From an uncultured bacterium (GTDB lineage: Bacteria; Patescibacteriota; Saccharimonadia; UBA4664), in the NCBI GenBank assembly GCA_963720265.1, contig CAVRET010000002.1, positions 1,006,069 to 1,070,068 on the forward strand: DNA of 64,000 nucleotides. The letters are read 5' to 3'. Below, in pieces: positions 1 to 9,300 of the stretch; positions within the stretch are counted from its first letter, which is position 1, and each line of letters begins with the position of its first letter. A program made the position numbers and the translations under genes. The notes beneath the pieces are model-generated. The model was not told where the DNA came from, did no database searches, and saw only the letters and a program-made list of their open reading frames with translations.

Positions 1-576
1 AGCTACTTAGTGGTTGGCGGTACTTTCGAAGAACAGTATCTCTACTACCTCATGATCCCTGCCATAATATCGAGCGTTGTGGCCGCCTTTGACCTGTGGG
101 AGCGCATTCATTCTGGCATTCGCGACCTCGTGTTTGCCGTGAGCCTTCTTGAACTCGTTCTGGTTCTTCTGGTCTGCCTCTCTAACTATGTAGTCAACAT
201 GTCTACACCTGATGACGGGTGGACCGTTACCGCTGAATGGGTCGACACAAACATACCGGCCGGAAGCAGTATCTGTGCCTGGGAGCAAGGGGAGTTCTTG
301 CTTGTGCAAAGCCCCAACAACTACGACGTCTGCGATTGGTCAACCCAAAGTGCATTAGCCGCCCACCATGTCCAGTATGTACTCGAATCAGAAACACTGT
401 CGAACTCAGGGTATGAACCCGTGTCCCCGGACGAACTTGCAACACTCAAGAGCACCACAAAACTGGTCTTCACTTATGACTCCAGAGACACGGGCGTATT
501 TGATGTCTTTCAGCTAACTGCTCCACCTAATCCACAGGCCGTACAGGCAACGGCAGCTGCGGAGGCGACTCCGTAA
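1..576 (+). CDS. C-terminal part of a membrane protein, possibly a GT-C/ArnT-like glycosyltransferase (5' end outside window)
   Basis: Frame is open back to base 1. Two hydrophobic helices are followed by an extracellular domain, directly upstream of a glycan operon. Confidence 0.5.
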   Translation, partial: SYLVVGGTFEEQYLYYLMIPAIISSVVAAFDLWERIHSGIRDLVFAVSLLELVLVLLVCLSNYVVNMSTPDDGWTVTAEWVDTNIPAGSSICAWEQGEFLLVQSPNNYDVCDWSTQSALAAHHVQYVLESETLSNSGYEPVSPDELATLKSTTKLVFTYDSRDTGVFDVFQLTAPPNPQAVQATAAAEATP

Positions 577-635
577 ACCTAACACCAAGGTTTTGAGCAT
601 GAGGGTGGCTCACAGGACCAGACAGGAACTACCCC

Positions 636-3038
636 ATGATCACCAAGCTTATCCATCAATTCAAGAACGGCAGTCCGGTCCTTGCTGCGCTCATGACCGC
701 AAACATCCTCAACTTCGCATTTAACGCTTATCTGGCCCGGTCGCTGTCACTGAGCAGTTACGGGTTCGTCGCCCTTCTTAACACTTTTTGGACCATCCTG
801 CTGGTTGGTTCGGGCGCACTCACGCAACTCACGAGCTACCAGGTGGCAAGGTCTTCGAACGATGCGGCGGGACACACGTCGGCCTATTTAGTGTCACGTC
901 AGGTAACGCGTCTGCTCGCGACTGCGCTTATGATGGGCTGGATCATCATAAGCCCCCTGGTCCAAACTTTTTTCCACGCTCCAAGTCTGCTGCCGATTTT
1001 GATCTTTGCCCCGATGATCTGGCTAGGACTCTTGACCGGTACTCATCGCGGATATGTGCAAGGGCGTTTGCGCTTTAGCCAATTTGGCGGCCTATTTCTT
1101 CTTGAATCAGCCGCTAAACTAGTGCTGGCGGTCGCATTTGTTAAAGCCGGCTTTAGCGCCCTGGCCTATTTGTCGCTACCGCTGTCGGTCCTTATCGCCT
1201 GGGGCGCAGCTGTTATCGCGGTCAAGCGTCTTTTGCCGACAGCCGCGAAACCAATCGTGAAGCGGTCAGCTTTCCCCTGGACGTTTCTGGGCGCTAATTT
1301 GACCACTGGACTAGCTGCGATGGCTTTCCTGAGCGTCGATCTTTTGCTTGCAAAGCACTACCTGTCTAACACCGAAGCGGGCCGCTATGCGATGTTGTCG
1401 CTTATCGGCAAAATGATCTACTTTGTCGGCTCACTTCTCAATAGTTTCATCTTACCTTTGCTGGGCGCGGCAGAGGCTCAAGCTACTAGCGCACGCCGGG
1501 TTTTCTGGCGAATGTATGCATTTTCCGCGGCGCTTGCCGTGGGAGGCTTCGTCGTGTTGGGCCCGCTTGGCCACTTGTTTGTGCCGGTACTCTTTGGGGA
1601 CGGCAGCAAGCCAATCGTGTCGGATCTTGTTCCATATAGTGCCGGCATTTTGTTCTTTACGCTTAGCAACACCAACGTCATGTACCACTTGGCGAAGAAG
1701 CACTATCTCTTCCCGGCCCTCTCGCTTGCATCGGCAGCCCTCATGGCTATTCAGATCGTACTGGGCCATGGCTCAATCCCCGCCATTGCCCATGCCGTCT
1801 TCATTTCGGGACTGGTGAGCTTCATCACAATCACTGGTGTTGACCTCATCACCTCACAAGGCCGTCGCACGACAAAGCGGCTACGAGGACTGACCAAGAA
1901 ACTCTTCACTCGTTCAATCCCGGCGCCTGAAGCTGATACCTTACGCATTCTCGTCTTCAACTGGCGTGATACCCGTCATGGCCAAGCCGGCGGCGCCGAA
2001 GTATTCATCCAAGAACTGGCGAAACGGTGGCACGCCGCGGGTCATGATGTCACGCTTTTTTGTGGCAATGATGGCAACAGTAAGCGTCATGAGACTATCT
2101 CCGGTGTACACGTCATACGCAGAGGTAGCTTCTATCTAACCTATGCGTGGGCATTCGTTTACTACGCTTTTCGTTTCCGTAGTAGGTCTGATGTCATCAT
2201 CGACTGCCACAACGGCATACCATTCTTTACGCCACTGTATGCCAAGCAGCCAATTTATTGCGTGGTGCATCACGTGCACCAGGAAGTTTTTGCAAGATAC
2301 TTACCGAAACCGCTGGCGGCTGTTGCTAAGTTTCTAGAAGCCAAGGTTATGCCCTGGGTCTACCGAGACTGCTATTACGTGACTGTGTCCCAGTCATCCA
2401 AGCAGGCTATGATTGACCAACTCGGCATTCGTGCTGACCGGATCCAAATTGTCCATAACGGTATTGACCCAAATGAGCTTAAGCCTGGCAAGAAAACGGT
2501 CCGCCCCACGGTCTTATATCTCGGCAGACTAAAACCCTACAAGTCGGTTGATGTCTTAGTCAAGGCATTTGCCCAAGTAGCAACGAGACGGCCGGATGCT
2601 CAACTTGTCGTGGGCGGCACCGGTGAAGCCATGGAAGATCTAAAAGGACTCACTGCAAAGCTCAAAATTGCGAGCAAGGTCAAATTCCTCGGCTATGTAC
2701 CGGAACCACGGAAAATCCGCCTCATGCAGCAAGCCTGGGTGTTTGTGAATCCGTCATATGCCGAAGGCTGGGGTATTACCACGATTGAAGCTAACGCCTG
2801 CGGAACGCCGGTCATTGCATCTGACGTACCAGGTCTGCGAGATTCGGTAAAATCACCGGAAACCGGCCGCCTGGTGCCGTACGGAGATGTCGCAGCTTTT
2901 GCTACAAGCATCCTTCACGTGATAGACGACAACGAGCTACGGCTGACCATGTCAGTGAGCGCAAAAGCCTGGTCTGATACCTTCGACTGGCAAGCGAGTG
3001 CCGATGTGTTCCTTGAACAAATCGGAGGCATATCATGA
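636..3038 (+). CDS. Wzx-like polysaccharide flippase fused to a GT4 glycosyltransferase
   Basis: N-terminal ~400 aa are multi-TM. The C-terminal half has NWRD..H..AGGAE and PSYAEGWGITTIEANACGTPVIASDVPGL (GT4 ExxG..E motif). Confidence 0.85.
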   Translation: MITKLIHQFKNGSPVLAALMTANILNFAFNAYLARSLSLSSYGFVALLNTFWTILLVGSGALTQLTSYQVARSSNDAAGHTSAYLVSRQVTRLLATALMMGWIIISPLVQTFFHAPSLLPILIFAPMIWLGLLTGTHRGYVQGRLRFSQFGGLFLLESAAKLVLAVAFVKAGFSALAYLSLPLSVLIAWGAAVIAVKRLLPTAAKPIVKRSAFPWTFLGANLTTGLAAMAFLSVDLLLAKHYLSNTEAGRYAMLSLIGKMIYFVGSLLNSFILPLLGAAEAQATSARRVFWRMYAFSAALAVGGFVVLGPLGHLFVPVLFGDGSKPIVSDLVPYSAGILFFTLSNTNVMYHLAKKHYLFPALSLASAALMAIQIVLGHGSIPAIAHAVFISGLVSFITITGVDLITSQGRRTTKRLRGLTKKLFTRSIPAPEADTLRILVFNWRDTRHGQAGGAEVFIQELAKRWHAAGHDVTLFCGNDGNSKRHETISGVHVIRRGSFYLTYAWAFVYYAFRFRSRSDVIIDCHNGIPFFTPLYAKQPIYCVVHHVHQEVFARYLPKPLAAVAKFLEAKVMPWVYRDCYYVTVSQSSKQAMIDQLGIRADRIQIVHNGIDPNELKPGKKTVRPTVLYLGRLKPYKSVDVLVKAFAQVATRRPDAQLVVGGTGEAMEDLKGLTAKLKIASKVKFLGYVPEPRKIRLMQQAWVFVNPSYAEGWGITTIEANACGTPVIASDVPGLRDSVKSPETGRLVPYGDVAAFATSILHVIDDNELRLTMSVSAKAWSDTFDWQASADVFLEQIGGIS

Positions 3039-4180
3039 CTGCTTACGATATAAAGCCAAAAATCGTTATCTCTTCCTATGATGACATTAAGAATCCGTAC
3101 TACGGCGGGGGAGGTGCTCGTTCCATTCATGAAGTCGCCAGTCGGCTTGCTCACAAGTTTGATTTCTTGATTCTAACGGCGAATTATCCGGGTGCAAAAA
3201 GCCAGGTGCTTAGTGGAGTTGAATACAAACGCATCGGGCCGGCTTTCATTGGCCCCAAATTTGGCCAGCTTCTCTTTCATGTAATGCTGCCATTTTACGT
3301 ACGTTCACTTGAGTACGATCTCTGGATCGAAAATTTGACTCCGCCGTTTTCCACTTCGTGCCTGCAGCTCTATACCAAGAAACCAGTAGTCGGCCTCGTA
3401 CATATGCTTGCAGCGGAGGACATGGAGCGCAAATACAAGTTACCGTTTCACCTTATTGAGAACCTCGGACTCCGCACCTATCGCTACTTCATCACGCCGG
3501 CAGAGATAACTGCTGCCAAATTGGCACACCTGAGTCACCAACCCCGTACTTTTACCATTCCCAACGGGCCCATCGGCGTCGACCAGCCATTAGCTAGCCT
3601 CAAGTCTCCTGTTAAAAAAGACTATATCCTGTATCTTGGCCGCTTGGAGGTAAATCAAAAAGGACTGGATCTCCTCCTGACATCCTTTAAGAAATGCGTT
3701 GAGACATCCCCTTGTCGGCTTGTCATCGCCGGTTCCGGCACGCCTAAGGAAGAGCAGAAAGTGCGGACGCTTATCAAAGAGCTTGGCCTGATCCGGAAAG
3801 TGAAACTCATTGGCCAGGTCGAGGGTCGGCGCAAACAGCAGCTGTTAGGAAGCTGCCAGGCGATGGCCGTACCGTCTCGACTTGAAACGTTTGGCATGGT
3901 TGCTCTTGAAGCCATGCATTACGGTAAGCCGGTTGTAACATTCGATATCCCAGGCTTTCAGTGGATTCCAGAAGGCTGTGCTCTTAAGGCAACCGCTTTT
4001 GACACTGACGCCTATGCCGCTGCCATGACCAGAGTCTTAACGGATAAAGGTTTGAAAAAATCGGTTGCAGTAGCCGCAAGACAGTCGATGCCCAACTATT
4101 CCTGGGATAGGATCGCGACGCGGTACTCACGCACGATTATCCAATTACTCAAAACTCCGGAGGCAGAGTATGGAAAATGA
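3035..4180 (+). CDS. GT4 family glycosyltransferase
   Basis: GGGGA at the N-terminus and PSRLETFGMVALEAMHYGKPVV. ATGA overlap with the upstream gene. Confidence 0.9.
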   Translation: MTAYDIKPKIVISSYDDIKNPYYGGGGARSIHEVASRLAHKFDFLILTANYPGAKSQVLSGVEYKRIGPAFIGPKFGQLLFHVMLPFYVRSLEYDLWIENLTPPFSTSCLQLYTKKPVVGLVHMLAAEDMERKYKLPFHLIENLGLRTYRYFITPAEITAAKLAHLSHQPRTFTIPNGPIGVDQPLASLKSPVKKDYILYLGRLEVNQKGLDLLLTSFKKCVETSPCRLVIAGSGTPKEEQKVRTLIKELGLIRKVKLIGQVEGRRKQQLLGSCQAMAVPSRLETFGMVALEAMHYGKPVVTFDIPGFQWIPEGCALKATAFDTDAYAAAMTRVLTDKGLKKSVAVAARQSMPNYSWDRIATRYSRTIIQLLKTPEAEYGK

Positions 4181-4931
4181 CATGCTTGAACGTATTCGCA
4201 CATCGAAGCGCACCTGCTACTTTGTTTCGCCCCATCTTGATGACATGGTCTTTTCGGCCAGCGCACTTGCTACTGAGCTTGCGAAAACCAACCGCATTGT
4301 AGTCGTAAATGTTTTCACCGACACTCCGACGGGCCCCAATACCCGTTCTGCCGCGGCATATTTAAAACAATGCGGCTACAACGATGCTGAGGCACTATAT
4401 CAGAATCGCCGAGATGAGGATGTACGAGCACTTGCAGGGCTTGCGGATGAAATCATAAACCTGGCTATGACTGAGGCGTTATGGCGCCGCAAACCTGGTA
4501 GGCTCGCAAGCCTTATAGCTAGGCTGCTCCCCGAGCTGGCCGCCCTCTATCCAACCTACCGCTGGCACATCATAAAGGCCAAGCTGTCACGGCATGATAG
4601 ACAAACCGTTGACCTGATCAGGCAAAAACTAGGAGAGGTCATTGGGTCGGACGCCTTTGTTTTTTGTCCGCTTGGCGTAGGCAACCATATTGATCATGTG
4701 ATTACGAGTGCCGCGTGCGACGCGATGTTCGATAGCCCCATCCACTGGGTTGATTTCCCGTACTCAGCACGAGGTGACAGCAAGTCTACCACCGGCCTCG
4801 AAGGGTTCTCATTCAATGGCGACAGTCAGGAGAAGCTTTCCCGGATGCAAAAGTACGAAACTCAATACAGTACCATCTTTCCGAACGGTGCCGTATTGCA
4901 ACCTGAAGAGTATTTCGTGCGCACAGCGTAG
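4170..4931 (+). CDS. PIG-L/LmbE family N-acetyl sugar deacetylase
   Basis: SPHLDD, RxxED, HIDH, DFPY and YETQ motifs. Confidence 0.9.
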   Translation: MENDMLERIRTSKRTCYFVSPHLDDMVFSASALATELAKTNRIVVVNVFTDTPTGPNTRSAAAYLKQCGYNDAEALYQNRRDEDVRALAGLADEIINLAMTEALWRRKPGRLASLIARLLPELAALYPTYRWHIIKAKLSRHDRQTVDLIRQKLGEVIGSDAFVFCPLGVGNHIDHVITSAACDAMFDSPIHWVDFPYSARGDSKSTTGLEGFSFNGDSQEKLSRMQKYETQYSTIFPNGAVLQPEEYFVRTA

Positions 4932-5047
4932 TGTCAGACCTTGCCGCATTCGTGTGCTTCATGCTACAAACAATCTAGATAGTGTTGTGGGGTGAGCCGA
5001 ATTTGAGTACTGCAGGTACAAGAACGGTTCTGACTATCGCAAGGCAA

Positions 5048-5070
5048 GGCGAGCCGAAAGGCTCGTTTTT
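5048..5070 (+). terminator. Intrinsic terminator
   Basis: CGAGCC-GAAA-GGCTCG followed by TTTTT. Confidence 0.7.
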
Positions 5071-5323
5071 GTTCTTACTATGTGAACAAGAAGAGCGACT
5101 CAGCAATGAGTCGCTCAGAGGCCGAGGAGTCGTCTGCCCGGTACCAGTTGAATCATAGCACCTCTTAGGCACAAAGCTACCCAGAACTGAAGATTTCGGA
5201 CTGGCTAATCGAGATCTCTCGTTGGGCAGCCACCACAAAGCACCCTGCCATGTCTCCTATTGAGATCGTGGTGAGGGTACTTTGGGTAGAATGGGCACCG
5301 ATTTTCGTTTGACCACCTGTGGC

Positions 5324-5428
5324 CTACAGGCCAATGAGCGACAGGATAAACCCGCCGGTCGTCAGCACATGGTAAACCACATAGGCGGTCAGCAAACCGG
5401 CTCCAGCCCAAGCCGCGATGCGCTTCAT
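5324..5428 (-). CDS. 34-aa hydrophobic microprotein (not in ORF track)
   Basis: MKRIAAWAGAGLLTAYVVYHVLTTGGFILSLIGL*; the ATG lies 2 nt after the stop of the LPxTG microprotein gene. Confidence 0.45.
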   Translation of the reverse strand: MKRIAAWAGAGLLTAYVVYHVLTTGGFILSLIGL

Positions 5429-5430
5429 GA

Positions 5431-5613
5431 TTAGCGCTTCTGGAATTTGTTTTGAGCGATGTAAACCACGCCCCACGCAACGAGGCCAGCGGCCACGGCG
5501 ATAGCGATGTCAACAACGTTGCTCATACCGGTTTGCGGCAAAACGGCTAGACCAGTAACGGTGGCCACAGCGCCGAGCGCGGTGGGGGTAGAGGAAGATC
5601 CTTGTCCGTACAT
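5431..5613 (-). CDS. 60-aa LPxTG (LPQTG) sorting-signal microprotein
   Basis: LPQTG followed by a TM helix and a basic tail (NKFQKR). AAAGGAG RBS; 15 nt downstream of the GT2 gene. Confidence 0.8.
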   Translation of the reverse strand: MYGQGSSSTPTALGAVATVTGLAVLPQTGMSNVVDIAIAVAAGLVAWGVVYIAQNKFQKR

Positions 5614-5628
5614 ATCGACTCCTTTAGA

Positions 5629-6729
5629 TTAATTACTTACAGCATCAGTCGCGATGCGGTATCGGCGCCCAGCCACAGTCCAGCCCGGTTTGACCGTGCG
5701 GAACTTGCGCTGGACGACGATTTCGAACCACGCCCTGAAGAAAGCAAATAGGTTAGCAAGCCGTAGAAAGTAAAACAGCGGGAAGGCACCAATGACATCT
5801 GCCCTACGGTTGAGGATGGCGGCCCACAGCGTGAGGGCGAAGAAGATCACGAAGTCATTGAGGAACATGAGTGCGAGCGGCTTGTAGTCATGCGTCAGAA
5901 TCCCGACGACCGGCAGGACGGTGAGCTCTAACAATAAGACGATTTCCTCTAGGATCATGTAGGCCATATAGGCATCGAGCTTATGCGGACGAAGCCCGAC
6001 CCGATGCCGGATCATGGCCTGCCAGGCACCGCGATACCAGCGCATAATCTGTTTGAAATAGTCGGCAAAGTCTTTGGGGTCTTGGGTAAAGGCCTTGGCC
6101 TGGGGGATGTAGGCGATGCGTCCAAGCTTCTTCCGGTGAATCTGAATGGTAATATCCATATCTTCGGTCAGCGAGTGGACAGCAAAATCGAGTTTGTCGA
6201 TGATATCAGTGCGCAAAACGCAGGTAGCACCGGGGATGACCGGAATGGTGTTAAAGAAGTTTTGCACCCGGCGCATGACTTCGAGACCGAGCGTGTATTC
6301 GTAGAGCCGGTATTTGCTGATCCACTCACCTTTTAGGCTTTGGAGGTGGCCGGTCGCCGCCACGAACTTATCGGCATCGAGGCGCTTTTTAAGCTCACTA
6401 AAATACGTCGGCGCAAACGTGCCGTCAGCGTCAGCGATGTGCACCCAAGTGTAACGTTCAGGGATTTTAAAGTATTTGAGGCCGTTAGAGATCGCCATAG
6501 CCTTGCCGGTTTGAGCTTGGTCGAGCACGTTGTATGAGCTTAGGTATTGCCAGGCAATGGCAACGGTTTGGTCAACCGAACCGTCACTGACAACATAGAT
6601 GTCACAGGCTTCTTGGCCAGCAGCTAAAGCCGAGCGAATGGTATCACCAAGAACCACCTCTTCGTTGTGGGCGGGAAGGATGAGGGCAAGTTTACGCTTG
6701 TGTTTAATTGTGATCTCGTATTGGTCCAT
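5629..6729 (-). CDS. Processive GT2 glycan synthase (IcaA/PgaC/cellulose-synthase-like)
   Basis: PAHNEE, DGS, DAD, TED and QxxRW (QIMRW) motifs, with C-terminal TM helices. Confidence 0.9.
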   Translation of the reverse strand: MDQYEITIKHKRKLALILPAHNEEVVLGDTIRSALAAGQEACDIYVVSDGSVDQTVAIAWQYLSSYNVLDQAQTGKAMAISNGLKYFKIPERYTWVHIADADGTFAPTYFSELKKRLDADKFVAATGHLQSLKGEWISKYRLYEYTLGLEVMRRVQNFFNTIPVIPGATCVLRTDIIDKLDFAVHSLTEDMDITIQIHRKKLGRIAYIPQAKAFTQDPKDFADYFKQIMRWYRGAWQAMIRHRVGLRPHKLDAYMAYMILEEIVLLLELTVLPVVGILTHDYKPLALMFLNDFVIFFALTLWAAILNRRADVIGAFPLFYFLRLANLFAFFRAWFEIVVQRKFRTVKPGWTVAGRRYRIATDAVSN

Positions 6730-6798
6730 CGCGCAAATTAAAACAGCGAGGGGCGAATTATCTTCGCACTACCCTCGCTGATCTTTTTACTGAATATA

Positions 6799-6827
6799 AG
6801 TGTATATGATTATGCTTAATTTGTCAA
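6799..6827 (-). promoter_or_regulatory. Sigma70-type promoter of the GT2-LPxTG operon
   Basis: TTGACA-N17-TACACT on the minus strand; the spacer contains TAAGCATAA. Confidence 0.7.
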
Positions 6828-6968
6828 TAGGTTGTTTAGTGTCGCTGTTTATGCCTTATTATAGGTATAATCTTCGAACTCTACGACGTTTTTTGCCTGC
6901 TTATAATTACGGTCTGAGCTCATTTTTATTAGCTCTAATGATATCAATATCTACGTGTGTCAAGACAT

Positions 6969-7002
6969 GTGGCCGGGTACGGACTTTCCCGTACCCGGCC
7001 AC
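6969..7002. terminator. 14-bp GC-rich hairpin, probable terminator of the 7010-8035 gene
   Basis: GTGGCCGGGTACGG...CCGTACCCGGCCAC, with no U-tract. Confidence 0.6.
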
Positions 7003-7009
7003 TCGTTGA

Positions 7010-8035
7010 CTACCTCTTCCACCAGGTTGAAGCCCGGATGGTCCGAACAGCCTGCTTGATGGCCCGCAATTGGCCCGGATCGTTCATGTTGTCCATATAG
7101 GAGTAGAACAACAGGTTGCGAACGCCGGCTTTCACCGCGAGCTTGGCCATCTTCACCATTTGCCGAGCGGTCGGAGGCGCTGGATCAGCCGGGAAGCCGA
7201 GGGCGGCCCCTTCCGGGTGCATGACTCGATTCCAAGCGAATGCCTGGACTACGAACCAAGTATTTTTGCCTGCCGCAGCGCGGAGTGCCCGGCCAATCGT
7301 GGTGATGGCGCTGACGGGACCGTAGGTCGCACTGGCCGGTATCGGGTAGTAGTCGATGCCTAGTTGGTCCGTTGCCTGCGCTATTTGCTGGTAGTAATCC
7401 GTGCTGCCCGGCGACCAGTCGAGAACCACGAGCGTCGGCTTGTGCGTCAGTCGTTGGATCTGGCGCTGCCGCGCCTGGATGGCCGGCAGCCATTGGCTGA
7501 GATTACTTGGGTCGGTCGGCTCTTCATCTGAGGTATAGAATCCCCAGACGGCCGGGTTAGCGGCATAGGCTTTCACGATCCCGCTAACCTCTGCCGTTGT
7601 GCTGGCGCCGTATTGGCGGTGCCAGCCGGCGTCGGTCGGATCCTGGTCGGTCGGGCCGAGCAGGTCCTTTACCGAGAGAATCACCTTCATGTGCAGGCTC
7701 TGGGCCAATGCAAGGTAAGCTATGACCGCTTGCGGCGTGGCGTTGACGCTGGAGTAGTTGAGCAGGAGGTTGAAGCCTGCCTGACTCGCATACTCCAGCT
7801 CGGCCTGGGCGGTAGGCGTTCCCGGCACGGCCGAGCCGTAGATGCCAAGCAGCCGTGAAGACCCAGCTTGAATCTTGGGCGCGGCCACCGGCGCCGAGTG
7901 CGTGGGCGAAGCGGCAGCGGTACGCATGATCGTTGGCGGTGAGCTGGGAACTGAAGTCCCGCCGCAACCACTGATCAGCGCAGCACCTACCAACAGCGTT
8001 ACGCCCGTTAGTGTGAGGCTCGTGACGCGAGGCAT
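7010..8035 (-). CDS. Putative lipoprotein, TIM-barrel glycoside hydrolase-like (clan GH-A)
   Basis: Lipobox-like LISGC; WGFYTSDE, DYYP and QAFAW motifs. Paralog of 8180-9289. Confidence 0.65.
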   Translation of the reverse strand: MPRVTSLTLTGVTLLVGAALISGCGGTSVPSSPPTIMRTAAASPTHSAPVAAPKIQAGSSRLLGIYGSAVPGTPTAQAELEYASQAGFNLLLNYSSVNATPQAVIAYLALAQSLHMKVILSVKDLLGPTDQDPTDAGWHRQYGASTTAEVSGIVKAYAANPAVWGFYTSDEEPTDPSNLSQWLPAIQARQRQIQRLTHKPTLVVLDWSPGSTDYYQQIAQATDQLGIDYYPIPASATYGPVSAITTIGRALRAAAGKNTWFVVQAFAWNRVMHPEGAALGFPADPAPPTARQMVKMAKLAVKAGVRNLLFYSYMDNMNDPGQLRAIKQAVRTIRASTWWKR

Positions 8036-8075
8036 GAAACACCTTCGGTATCTGGTAGGGTTGGGTTGTTAAACC

Positions 8076-8152
8076 TTATTATTATATTATATTATATTAT
8101 TATGCTATTTGTCAACTTTTAGGTTGACACGTCATCTGGGGCCAGCCTATGC
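8076..8152. promoter_or_regulatory. Back-to-back divergent promoters with an (ATTAT)4 tandem repeat
   Basis: TGTCAA-cttttagg-TTGACA. Plus strand: TTGACA-N18-TATGCT. Minus strand: TATAAT boxes are generated by (ATTAT)4 at 8081-8100. Confidence 0.65.
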
Positions 8153-8179
8153 TGGGTTGGCTACTAGCGGGGGAAATGG

Positions 8180-9289
8180 ATGCACATACCAACAAGCGGG
8201 CGGGGTTTCGGGATATGGCTTGCCGTAATTGCAGTCATTTCAGCCGGTTGCGGTGTCGCCAGTGCCGAGGTCGTTGCCGGCATTAGTAAGCAGTACAAAA
8301 CGGCAGTTGCGATAAAAGCTACTACCGCAAACTCGCGCACCCGGGTTATAGCCATTGCTAAGGCATCGCCTGCTGCATCCGGTCAGGTTTTGGGGGCCAG
8401 TACACAAGCTACCAAGGTAAATACAGGAGCAACCTCAACGCCAATGCCTAATACGATCACTCCGCAATACATCGGTATGTTTGTCACAAGCTCACCGAAC
8501 GATCCGGCAAGCCGTACAGTGATTGATGCCGTGGCTGCCACCGGCTGCAATTTGGTCTACAACTACACGGCTTTTGACGGTACACCGGCCCAGGTTGAGG
8601 CGTATTTGAACTATGCCGGTTCCAAAGGGATTAAGGTGATTATTGGGCTGCAAGATCTGTACGACCAGTTGCCGAATGGCGCACAGACAGCCCAAACGTA
8701 TGCCCAGTACGGCAGCACGAATGACGCGATTGCTACAACTGTCGTACGGGATTTTCAGGCGAACCCAGCAGTGTGGGGGTTTTCGATTACGGATGAACGC
8801 CCGGAATCAGCGACCGATCTTGGTACATGGCAGCCGATTCTCGCGTCCCGCTACGCTGCGATCAAGCAGCTTACGGCCAAACCAGTCATGGCCGTTCTCG
8901 AGGGATGGAGCGACGGCAACGCCAGTGGGCGTCAGGAGTTGTTTCAGGGTGTGGCCGGTAGTGCCGACGCCCTGGCGCTTGATTACTATCCAGTGCCGTT
9001 TATGCCGCTTGCACGTATTGGAACGATTATGAATGAAGCCGCACCCTACAAAGGCGGATGGTTTATTGAGCAGGTCTTTAGCTGGTCGTCATATCCCGAC
9101 GTTATCCAGGGCCTGGGCTATAACCCGTCAGAGGCCAGACCGCCGAGTGCAGCTGAGATGGTTGCCATGGGCCGGGACGCCCTGGCCGGTGGGGCGAGGA
9201 ATTTGCTCTTGTATTCGTATTTCGATATCGCTAGCAATCCCGGCCAGTTGGACCTCGTGCGGCAGGCCGTGCAGGAGCTCAAAAACTAG
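8180..9289 (+). CDS. Secreted or anchored TIM-barrel glycoside hydrolase-like protein
   Basis: N-terminal TM; WGFSITDE, DYYP and QVFSW motifs; clearly similar to 7010-8035. Confidence 0.65.
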   Translation: MHIPTSGRGFGIWLAVIAVISAGCGVASAEVVAGISKQYKTAVAIKATTANSRTRVIAIAKASPAASGQVLGASTQATKVNTGATSTPMPNTITPQYIGMFVTSSPNDPASRTVIDAVAATGCNLVYNYTAFDGTPAQVEAYLNYAGSKGIKVIIGLQDLYDQLPNGAQTAQTYAQYGSTNDAIATTVVRDFQANPAVWGFSITDERPESATDLGTWQPILASRYAAIKQLTAKPVMAVLEGWSDGNASGRQELFQGVAGSADALALDYYPVPFMPLARIGTIMNEAAPYKGGWFIEQVFSWSSYPDVIQGLGYNPSEARPPSAAEMVAMGRDALAGGARNLLLYSYFDIASNPGQLDLVRQAVQELKN

Positions 9290-9300
9290 GGTTTTAAGGC

